A stretch of DNA of 20,009 nucleotides, from contig CAZJUS010000014.1 of the NCBI GenBank assembly GCA_964549355.1, positions 1 through 20,009 of the forward strand, in the 5' to 3' direction. Below are positions 1 through 7,626 of this stretch, one piece after another. How positions within the stretch are numbered: position 1 is the stretch's first letter; each line of letters begins with the position of its first letter. The position numbers and the translations under genes are program-made. The notes under the pieces were generated by a model. That model was not told the DNA's origin. It searched no databases and worked only from the letters and a program-made list of their open reading frames with translations. This stretch comes from Candidatus Undinarchaeota archaeon (GTDB lineage: Archaea; SpSt-1190).

Positions 1-500
1 AGGACATTGCCGGCATACCCCTCCATATAGAGGGGCATCAGGACGGAAGTGTGCCCCCGATGGCAGACCGCAGGCGCATCATTCACAAAAACATCAAAAT
101 GCTCCCGGAAGAAGTCGCAGAGCTCGTTGGCGCCCCCCGTCCTTTCAAGTTCGGTCGCCCGCAGATTCCTAATGAGGTATATCCCAGGAGTGCTGACTGC
201 TGCTTTGATTCTGCCGTCCATGAGCGAATCAATATAGTGGACTCTGACGCCGCTGGCATCCTCAAGGGCCTGGGCAAGGAACCGAAGCTCCTCCCGGAAA
301 TCCGGGTCGCCCCTCCTGCCGTAATGAGTGGCAAGAACAACAGAATGCCCCTGCTTGACCCATTCAAGGTAATTGCGCAGCTCTTTTGCGTATCTTTTAG
401 TTTTATAGCCCTCTGCTTCACCCCCATTCATATCAATCCGAACCAGAATTTTCTTGCCCGCGCCGTTCAGGCGGGAGGCGTCGAACAAACGGTGCTCCAT
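1..500 (-). CDS. pgk: Phosphoglycerate kinase, N-terminal part (divergent; runs off the left edge)
   Basis: Manual translation from the ATG at 500 is open to the window edge: MEHRLFDASRLNGAGKKILVRIDMN...VVLATHYGRRGD...LIRNLRA...FDVFVNDAPAVCHRGHTSV. This matches the PGK motifs GKxVLVRxDxN, SHxGR, ENLRF and DxFVNDAFxxxHRxHxS. It is absent from the ORF track because the stop lies outside the window. Confidence 0.85.
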   Translation of the reverse strand, partial: MEHRLFDASRLNGAGKKILVRIDMNGGEAEGYKTKRYAKELRNYLEWVKQGHSVVLATHYGRRGDPDFREELRFLAQALEDASGVRVHYIDSLMDGRIKAAVSTPGIYLIRNLRATELERTGGANELCDFFREHFDVFVNDAPAVCHRGHTSVLMPLYMEGYAGNV

Positions 501-518
501 AAGACGAGCAGGGGGAAG

Positions 519-549
519 TAGTATAAAAGTAATACTATGTATTACCTTT
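519..549 (-). promoter_or_regulatory. TATA box of pgk plus overlapping palindrome (possible operator)
   Basis: Minus-strand TTTTATA at 528-522, 22-28 nt upstream of the ATG. Inverted repeat AAA-A-GTAATAC-tat-GTATTAC-C-TTT at 525-549. Confidence 0.5.
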
Positions 550-600
550 CATTATTGGCGCCAATTACAACAAAAGTTTCAAAAATTTTCAAATCCGGTT

Positions 601-1551
601 TTAAGAAATGTCCTTGCGGTTGAAGAGGGCAACCCCCAGGCCCACCAAAAAGAGTGCAATGGCAACCCACTTCAGGAAAGAGTGGGCCAGTGTGTGGTAT
701 GTGGCTTTCTCAAGGCTCTGCAGAATGAAGCCGTGGTCGTAATCAATCAAAAGCCCCTCTTCAGGGATAACAAAGGTGCCTGTGAAGGTGCCGACCACCA
801 TCTGGACAAAAGGCACCAGCTTTATGCCGGCGCTTTCGAGCGCCCCAATGAACACATTGCCAAGGTCATAGCCAAGGTCGATCTCATCAAACATGAAAGT
901 CCGGTATATGCCGGCACTCCGCACAGCCCCGCGGATTGGAATGAATGCAAAGAAAGTAAGAATCAGTATCAGAATCATTGGAACCAGAGCCTTAATTTTG
1001 CTTGAGAACATGGTGGAAATCGCTGCGGACATGGAGCCGAAAATTATTGAAACAAAAAATGAATAGAATGTCAATATTGGAAAAAGCGAAAGAACGCGGA
1101 AAAGTGAATAGAAATCCAGACTGAACAATGAAGCCCAAAGATAGATTGAAGCAAAAAGTGAAAGGGCGGACAGCACCAAAGCAGACAGGGCAAATGCCAA
1201 GAATTTTGAAAGGAGAAAGTTGACCCTTTTGATGGGCTTGCTTATTACCATCAAAAGCGTGCCGTCCGCTTCCTCTTGGGCCACAAAGGCGGAGCAGACA
1301 AGGGACGACAGAAGGGCGGGGGCAATGCCGCAGACCCAAATGAATGCAAAAACCAAAAAGAAACCTATCAGAAACTCGGTTTTCAGGGCCATCCCGGAAT
1401 TGGAAAACATCTGGGCTTCCTTCGAAAGATTGATGAAAAGGAGCTGGGGTATCAGGACGACAGCCAGATAAATCAAAATTTTCCTCAGGCTGAGGATGTC
1501 TGAGATTGTCTTCTTAAAAACCGCCTTATTTACTATTCCCATTACCATCAT
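601..1551 (-). CDS. ABC-2 type transporter permease
   Basis: About six hydrophobic segments and the motif EEADGTLLMVISKPIKRVNFLLSKF (E..GT...L.KP..R...L.KF, typical of ABC-2 permeases). The true start is probably one of the ATGs at 1551, 1548 or 1542 after GGAGG. Overlaps the end of the ATPase gene. Confidence 0.85.
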   Translation of the reverse strand: MMVMGIVNKAVFKKTISDILSLRKILIYLAVVLIPQLLFINLSKEAQMFSNSGMALKTEFLIGFFLVFAFIWVCGIAPALLSSLVCSAFVAQEEADGTLLMVISKPIKRVNFLLSKFLAFALSALVLSALSLFASIYLWASLFSLDFYSLFRVLSLFPILTFYSFFVSIIFGSMSAAISTMFSSKIKALVPMILILILTFFAFIPIRGAVRSAGIYRTFMFDEIDLGYDLGNVFIGALESAGIKLVPFVQMVVGTFTGTFVIPEEGLLIDYDHGFILQSLEKATYHTLAHSFLKWVAIALFLVGLGVALFNRKDIS

Positions 1552-2485
1552 CCTCCGCTTTTTCAATCACTCTCATGAATATGTTCTCAAGTGACATTGT
1601 CAATGGAGCAAACCCGTTGATGTTCTGTTCACTCCCTTTGAACATCGAGAGCAGGGCTTTTTTGAAAGACAAGGGGTCCTTCACAGTGGCTTCAATTTTC
1701 ATGTTGTGATTTATCCAAGCTTTCTCAACCCCGCGAAGCCCTGAAATTTTTTTCACAAATTGTTCATTATTGACAGTATCAATTACAAAATGCTTTCCTG
1801 AAAACTTATCCCGAAGGTCACTCATACTCCCTTGGAGAATTGTGTTGCCCTTGTTCACAATAGCCACATGGTCTACAACTTTCTCAAGCTCCTGCAGGAT
1901 GTGGCTGCTCACAAAAATAGTCTTGTTCTGTTTGGTGGCGAGGGTGCGGATTTTGCCAAGGACCTCATGCCTCCCAATCGGGTCGAGATTGGCAGTCGGC
2001 TCATCGAGAATCAAAATCTCCGGGTCGTGGATGAGTGCCTGGACTATGCTGAGCTTCTGCTTCATGCCCGAGCTGAAAGTCCGGGCATTCCTGTCGCGGA
2101 AGTCTTCAAGCCCCATCCATGCCAGCAATTCATCAGCCCGGCTCCGGGCTTCCTTCAAGGGCATGTCGCACAAACTGGCGCTGTATACCAAAAAATCGAA
2201 GGCGGACATTGAGTAAAAATTTGGATGCTCTGAGGAATAGCCGATCAGGGATTTGGCCTCCACACTCCCTGCAGGGTGGCCGAGGATACTTGCCTTTCCT
2301 TTGGTGGCCCTTATGGCGCCCACGAGCATTTTTATGGTGGTGGTCTTGCCGGCGCCGTTCGGGCCGATAAAGCCGTAAACCGTCCCCTTCTCAATGGAAA
2401 GGTTGAGGTTGTTGACGGCGGTGAGCCTCCTGCCGAAGCTGCCGAAGACCTTGGTCAGCCCCCGTGTCTCTATTGCGTTTTCCAT
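1526..2485 (-). CDS. ABC transporter ATP-binding protein (exporter type)
   Basis: Walker A GPNGAGKTT, signature FSSGMKQK, Walker B ILILDEPT, H-loop SSH. GGTGA RBS before the ATG. Confidence 0.95.
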   Translation of the reverse strand: MENAIETRGLTKVFGSFGRRLTAVNNLNLSIEKGTVYGFIGPNGAGKTTTIKMLVGAIRATKGKASILGHPAGSVEAKSLIGYSSEHPNFYSMSAFDFLVYSASLCDMPLKEARSRADELLAWMGLEDFRDRNARTFSSGMKQKLSIVQALIHDPEILILDEPTANLDPIGRHEVLGKIRTLATKQNKTIFVSSHILQELEKVVDHVAIVNKGNTILQGSMSDLRDKFSGKHFVIDTVNNEQFVKKISGLRGVEKAWINHNMKIEATVKDPLSFKKALLSMFKGSEQNINGFAPLTMSLENIFMRVIEKAEDDGNGNSK

Positions 2486-5400
2486 TTCACCACCCTCATG
2501 ACCAGATAAGCCCCAACCAAGACCGCAAGTATGGTGTTCAGAAGGGAAAGGCTGGAAGCTCCAAAAGTCCTAATGTCCTGCCGGAATATTTTTTCATATC
2601 CGTCCTGATTCACAATTGAAACTGCAAGCTCATGCTCCCCGTTGGAAAGCCTAAGCTCCACATGGTCCGTGCGGGCGGACGCGGAAAGCGTGCCGTCCAC
2701 ATAAACATTGGTAAAAAATTTGTCGCTTACATTTATTTTTACAATATTTTCTTCGACTTCAACCTCAGGTGCATCAGTTTCCAAAACATCTGTACTGTAA
2801 ACTTCACCCTGTGTCCCAATCACAAGCGTCCCATCAGTCACTCCACTGCCATCAAAATGGAAAAATCCTTCAACTTTCCCGCTGGTGATATTATACATGC
2901 AGACTTTTCCGGATTCACTTTCCCACTCCATTCTTGGGAGTGTGAACACAAGCAAATCATCATCAACCAGTTTCACGTCGGAAACAAAAGACCATTCATC
3001 ACTTTCCCATTCTGGTTCGTCAATTTCAACCTGCTTTATGGGGTTTCCGCTTTGTGAATCCAAAAACAAAATTTGTGAACCCCCTCCCCCATTGCTTACC
3101 ATGGGCACTGCAAAATCACTAAGGCCGTCCCCATTCATGTCATCCACAACAGCAACTGCATTCATCCTTTTGTAGCGGTTCCACACACTCCAAAATGCAT
3201 TGTCCCTCAAATATTCCCAAGTATATGAAGGCGAGAAAACTCTGATAAAACTGCTTTTTTCATTATAAATGAGCGCATTTTCCGAAATGCCGTCGTTGTC
3301 AACATCTCCAATCCCCTCAACAAAGGAAAAATCATGGAAACTTGCAGAATAAAGTGTCTTGTGGGAGAGAGTGCTTATGAAGTGGACCAGTGGGGGGCGG
3401 TTCGGCTGATTAGTTGGGACTATCAAATCCTCAACCCCATCTCCATCTATGTCTTTAATTTTGTGAATGCCGTCCCTCCAGACATCATTCATGAACCTCT
3501 GCCAAACAGGAGTATAATTTTGACCGCCATTCACACTTTCAACCATTTGATGATTTCCTTCCCAATCGAACATAACAAATTCTGAAACGTTATCACCATT
3601 AACATCATTAACACAAAAGACTTGATAGCTTCTGCCATACCACGGTGCTGTGAATTCACTGGAGTGATTGTAGTTTATTGCATTTTCATATCTCCATGTT
3701 TGGCTGTCTTTTAATAAAATTTCTTCGAATCCTGTCGCACCATCTCTCAGGACAACATAGCTGTCTGAAGAAATCACAAGGTCATCAAAACCATCACCGT
3801 TATAATCGCATACATCAATCGCATCTATCCGAGGCTTGTACGTCAAATATTCCAAGTCATCAAAATTAATTGAACGGAATTTCTCAAGAGTTTCCAGGTC
3901 GGCAGGATATCCCGCAATTTCAGCCAGCCATTGATTCACAGCGGAATCGCCGTAGATGCTTCTCGCACTGGCAAGCGCCCCCACCTTTATTTCCCAGGGG
4001 ATGCTGTCATAACTGTCCCAATCAAAGGATTTGAGCGCGGAAACCAAAGTTTTGTTCAGCAGATATTCGTCCAATATGCCTGCATAAGTTTTGTCGGTTG
4101 CCGAAAACTGGTGCGTTGCCCCACCAGTTTCCGAATCAAGAATAATGATTTGGTCTTTGCCGTCATCTTCCGTGTAAAGGAGGGCGACCCGCTTGCTCAA
4201 ATTTCCACTGTTCAGGATTTTGACATCCGAGATGTATCCTTTTTCATTCAAAGTTTCCGGCAGGATATATTTCCAAATCAGCCTACCGTCTTCCACTCCA
4301 ATTACAAAATGCGCTTGAGTTTTTTCAAACAAACGCGAACCGACATCGTCAAAGAAAATCGAGACGTTTCCTGCTTTACGGTAGTTCAAAAATTCACTTC
4401 TTGGCAGATACCACAAAAGGTCCCCATCAAGATTCACAAATTTAATTTCACATGATGTTGCAATAAGTATTCCATCTCCATTCACTTCAATCTTATATTT
4501 GGACGACGTGCATGAGGGTGAATCAACAAGGATGCTTTCAACAAGAGCTCCATCTGCAAGGTCATAAACATCAATGGCGTCTTTTCCATAGCTGTTGGCC
4601 CCGCTCATGACATAAACCTTCCCATTGTAGATTTTCAGGTCGAGCACAGTTGAAGCAAGCTGCCAAATTATTTCCTCGTTCTGAATGGCTGCAAGCTTGT
4701 CTGAAGTGTATGCAACAGTCACATCTCCGGATTCTTCAAGTTGCAGGTTCTGGAAAAAGCTTCCGGATACGCCCATTTCGCTTGTGAGCTTAGAATATGT
4801 CGTGTACAAAACCTGTGAAGAATACGTTTTTACAACGTTTTTGGCCCCTGATTCAATCCAATACACGCTGCCGTCTTCGCACGCTGCCGCCAATCCGTCG
4901 CTGAGCGCCCAAACCGAGCGGGTAAAAGTTTTGTCGGTTTTATTTGAAATGGGATTGACCGCTTCATATCCCGGACATATCTCTTTTGCTTCCAAAAGCC
5001 GAAGCTGTGAATCCAGAACATAAACTACTCCCTCCTGGGTCGCCAAATAAAACCTGCCGTCTCTTTCGACAAAATCCCAAATGTCGTTATTGGCTGTAAA
5101 ATTCATCTTTGGATTCCCGGAAGGACTAAGGATGAAAAATGAATGGCCTGAGCAGACACCAAAACCCTGACTTGTGCTTTTCACTTTCCAGCTTTTGGTT
5201 TGTTTGTCCTGCCACACAAGATTCAAATCAAACACTTTCATTTTTGGTTCAAAACTCCACAGATGCTGAAAGCCGGGAAAACTGTAGGCATTCACATTCG
5301 GAAACTGCTGTCCGGTCTCAGTCAATACAATTCGGTTTCCGGCAATCGAAAAGTCCGAAAGTCCGTTGGTGCCGAGATACGTGGCGAGGGTTCCGTTTTT

Positions 5401-5565
5401 GAAAAAAGCATAGACCATTTTCTGAGTTCCAACAACATAATAATCATCAGTGGAAATTATTTTGACCGGCGTCGAGCCCACCATGGGATTCAGCTGTGCT
5501 GAAAAAGCAAAGGGGGCCATAACCAAAAACATCAAAAGACCCAAAGAGCATTTTCGGAGAGCCAA
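2470..5565 (-). CDS. Large secreted, C-terminally anchored protein with PQQ-like beta-propeller and FG-GAP/VCBS-like Ca-binding repeats
   Basis: Signal peptide (LGLLMFLVMAPFAFSA); Trp-containing propeller-type repeats (GDLLWY, GRLIWKY, EIIWQ); five DxNGDG-like loops (DYNGDGFDDL, DVNGDNVSE, DIDGDGVEDL, DVDNDGISE, DMNGDGLSDF); C-terminal TM helix followed by basic residues. TTG start. Confidence 0.8.
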   Translation of the reverse strand: MALRKCSLGLLMFLVMAPFAFSAQLNPMVGSTPVKIISTDDYYVVGTQKMVYAFFKNGTLATYLGTNGLSDFSIAGNRIVLTETGQQFPNVNAYSFPGFQHLWSFEPKMKVFDLNLVWQDKQTKSWKVKSTSQGFGVCSGHSFFILSPSGNPKMNFTANNDIWDFVERDGRFYLATQEGVVYVLDSQLRLLEAKEICPGYEAVNPISNKTDKTFTRSVWALSDGLAAACEDGSVYWIESGAKNVVKTYSSQVLYTTYSKLTSEMGVSGSFFQNLQLEESGDVTVAYTSDKLAAIQNEEIIWQLASTVLDLKIYNGKVYVMSGANSYGKDAIDVYDLADGALVESILVDSPSCTSSKYKIEVNGDGILIATSCEIKFVNLDGDLLWYLPRSEFLNYRKAGNVSIFFDDVGSRLFEKTQAHFVIGVEDGRLIWKYILPETLNEKGYISDVKILNSGNLSKRVALLYTEDDGKDQIIILDSETGGATHQFSATDKTYAGILDEYLLNKTLVSALKSFDWDSYDSIPWEIKVGALASARSIYGDSAVNQWLAEIAGYPADLETLEKFRSINFDDLEYLTYKPRIDAIDVCDYNGDGFDDLVISSDSYVVLRDGATGFEEILLKDSQTWRYENAINYNHSSEFTAPWYGRSYQVFCVNDVNGDNVSEFVMFDWEGNHQMVESVNGGQNYTPVWQRFMNDVWRDGIHKIKDIDGDGVEDLIVPTNQPNRPPLVHFISTLSHKTLYSASFHDFSFVEGIGDVDNDGISENALIYNEKSSFIRVFSPSYTWEYLRDNAFWSVWNRYKRMNAVAVVDDMNGDGLSDFAVPMVSNGGGGSQILFLDSQSGNPIKQVEIDEPEWESDEWSFVSDVKLVDDDLLVFTLPRMEWESESGKVCMYNITSGKVEGFFHFDGSGVTDGTLVIGTQGEVYSTDVLETDAPEVEVEENIVKINVSDKFFTNVYVDGTLSASARTDHVELRLSNGEHELAVSIVNQDGYEKIFRQDIRTFGASSLSLLNTILAVLVGAYLVMRVVKWKTQ

Positions 5566-5588
5566 TAAACACCTAAAACCTGCTCACA

Positions 5589-5617
5589 TTTAAACCATAC
5601 CCTTACCAATTTAAATA
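5589..5617. promoter_or_regulatory. Divergent archaeal promoters (two TATA boxes)
   Basis: TTTAAA at 5589-5594 lies about 24-29 nt before the minus-strand start at 5565. TTTAAATA at 5610-5617 lies about 19-26 nt before the alaX ATG at 5636. Consistent with leaderless transcripts. Confidence 0.6.
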
Positions 5618-5635
5618 TCCAAAAACCCGCTGGAT

Positions 5636-6343
5636 ATGGCTGAACTGCTGTTTATGAAAGACTGCTATATTAAAAGATTCGAAGCTGAAGTCGCAGATAT
5701 CCGGGAAGGCGGGGTGGTCCTGGACAGGACCGCATTCTACCCTCTTAAGGGCGGAGTCCAGGATGACAAAGGCATGCTGGTGGCCGACGGCAAAAAATAC
5801 GTTGTGAGGGGAACCCGATGGGTTGACGGGGAAGTCATACACGTTGTAGATTCAACCGAAGGACTCAAGCCCGGTATGAAAGTGAATGGGGAAATCGAAT
5901 GGGACCGCCGATATAAACTCATGAGGCTTCACACATCGGCGCATCTTCTTGAAGCAGTCATCTTCAAAAAAACAGGGGCGCTGATTGGAAGCGGAAGAGT
6001 CTCAGTTGACGGAAGCTATATTGGATTCACACTTGAAAAAATGGACCGCGAACTGATTGTGAATGCAGTTGAAGAAGCCAACCAGCTCATCGAGAAAGGT
6101 GCAAAAGTGAATATAAGTTTTATGAAGAGGGAAGATGCGCTGAAGGACCCCAATATGGTAAAGCTGGCCGGCAAACTCCCGCCGGAAGTCGAAGAACTGC
6201 GGATTGTTGAAATCGAAGGCATCGACAGGCAGGCCTGCGGCGGACCGCATGTGGCAGACATAAAGGAGATTGAAGGGATTCAGGTTGTAAAACTGAAGAA
6301 CAAAGGGGCCAAGAATCGAAGGCTGTACTTCGAAGTTATTTGA
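5636..6343 (+). CDS. alaX: Alanyl-tRNA editing protein AlaX-M
   Basis: N-terminal LDRTAFYPLKGGVQDDKG; Zn ligands HTSAH (HxxxH) and CGGPH (CxxxH); C-terminal NKGAKNRRLY; 235 aa fits the AlaX-M size. Confidence 0.93.
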   Translation: MAELLFMKDCYIKRFEAEVADIREGGVVLDRTAFYPLKGGVQDDKGMLVADGKKYVVRGTRWVDGEVIHVVDSTEGLKPGMKVNGEIEWDRRYKLMRLHTSAHLLEAVIFKKTGALIGSGRVSVDGSYIGFTLEKMDRELIVNAVEEANQLIEKGAKVNISFMKREDALKDPNMVKLAGKLPPEVEELRIVEIEGIDRQACGGPHVADIKEIEGIQVVKLKNKGAKNRRLYFEVI

Positions 6344-7148
6344 GTAAAAACAAAGCCTTTCTTGCAATCAAAGCCCCCGCAGTGGCGGTTTCATCGCCGA
6401 AAAATCTTCGGGGCACCCCCTCGACAATATCGAAGCCTGCCTTTGCCCCTGAAAGCGAGCCGAGGACCTGGGCCAGCGTCATGCCTGAGTGCGGTTCCGG
6501 GTTGGTCACGCTGGCATGCTCAAAAACATCCATGTCCACTGATACGTAATCCGCATCCTTCACAACCGCGTTTATCTTTTTCATGTCAAGTGAATCCCCC
6601 GGAATCGTGGTTGAATTTTTCACAAATTCCGCTTCTTCTTCAGCAACACTCCGGACCCCTACAAGTGAACAGTTTTCCAGCCCTAAAGTCTCGGACACCC
6701 GTCTAAAAGTGCATGCAAACGAATATTTGGTCCCTCTGTCATCCTCCCGTGAATCTGCGTGTGCATCAAACTGCACATATTTCTTTATCTGGTTTTTTTC
6801 GTGCAGGAATTCGACAACAGGTATTGTTATGGAATGGTTGCCGCCCAGGACAAGAAATTTTCTGAAGCCGTCGCCCCACAAATCATCCAAAAACATTTTG
6901 GTCTCATTCACAAAAACTTCCGGACCCGGTCCGGGGACTATGTCTCCGGCATCAACCGCCCCCGTTTCGTGGACGCTCCGCCCCCCTTCCTCCCATTCAA
7001 TCCCCTGGCTGGCCAGCCTGACAGCAATTGGAAACACTGCAGTGCCTTTCCCAATATAGCTCGTTGAGTCGTATGCAACCCCAAAAACCGCCAGCTTTCC
7101 GCCTCCGCTCCTTGGAAAACCAAAAAGGGACCAGCTCGTCGTCTTCAC
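6336..7148 (-). CDS. speB: Agmatinase / ureohydrolase family protein
   Basis: Motifs GVAYDSTS, DAGD, GGNHSIT, FDAHAD, SVDMDV and FDIVE. The likely start is the GTG at 7148 after GGTGAG, immediately after pdaD; the ORF-track extension to 7283 overlaps pdaD. Confidence 0.85.
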   Translation of the reverse strand: MKTTSWSLFGFPRSGGGKLAVFGVAYDSTSYIGKGTAVFPIAVRLASQGIEWEEGGRSVHETGAVDAGDIVPGPGPEVFVNETKMFLDDLWGDGFRKFLVLGGNHSITIPVVEFLHEKNQIKKYVQFDAHADSREDDRGTKYSFACTFRRVSETLGLENCSLVGVRSVAEEEAEFVKNSTTIPGDSLDMKKINAVVKDADYVSVDMDVFEHASVTNPEPHSGMTLAQVLGSLSGAKAGFDIVEGVPRRFFGDETATAGALIARKALFLLK

Positions 7149-7152
7149 CTGC

Positions 7153-7626
7153 TCACCATTTCTCGCTTTTGAAGACTGCACACACAAGCGCGCAGACAGG
7201 ATTGCCATCAATGCACTCGGCCCCGACAATCTTAGTCCCAATCGACTGGAACTTGCCCTTTCGGTACTGCAGCATGCTCTCAATACTGCGGTTTATTTTC
7301 CGGCGGAGCTCCCCCTCCGAAGAGCCGTTGGGTTCGACAAAAATGCCACTGCCGTCCTCCCTCTGCACCCATCCAAGGCCGGCCCATGCCTCCTCTCCGG
7401 GGACAGTCGCAAAACGGCAGCTCAGGACCACGTAAAGCTTGTGGCCGATCTCATCCACATTCTTCGGAGGCCTCCTGAAAATTATGTTTGAACCGGCTGG
7501 AATCACTGAGCTGAGGGGAATGAGGTTGTAATCAGCAATCCCGGCGCTGTACAATGCCTTGTCGAATGCCGCCACTTCCGTAACTCCGGACTCCGAGGCC
7601 CAAACCACCTGAATGTCCATTTTCAT
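7153..7626 (-). CDS. pdaD: Pyruvoyl-dependent arginine decarboxylase
   Basis: AFDKALYSAGIADYNLIPLSSVIP contains the Ser-Ser autocleavage site and family signature. 157 aa, adjacent to the agmatinase gene. Confidence 0.92.
   Translation of the reverse strand: MKMDIQVVWASESGVTEVAAFDKALYSAGIADYNLIPLSSVIPAGSNIIFRRPPKNVDEIGHKLYVVLSCRFATVPGEEAWAGLGWVQREDGSGIFVEPNGSSEGELRRKINRSIESMLQYRKGKFQSIGTKIVGAECIDGNPVCALVCAVFKSEKW

Noticed and set aside
49..521. ORFs 49..237 (+), 51..521 (+) and 83..427 (-)
   Set aside because: They overlap the PGK frame, which carries clear family motifs.
7149..7283. N-terminal extension of the agmatinase ORF
   Set aside because: It overlaps pdaD, and a GTG with an RBS exists at 7148.
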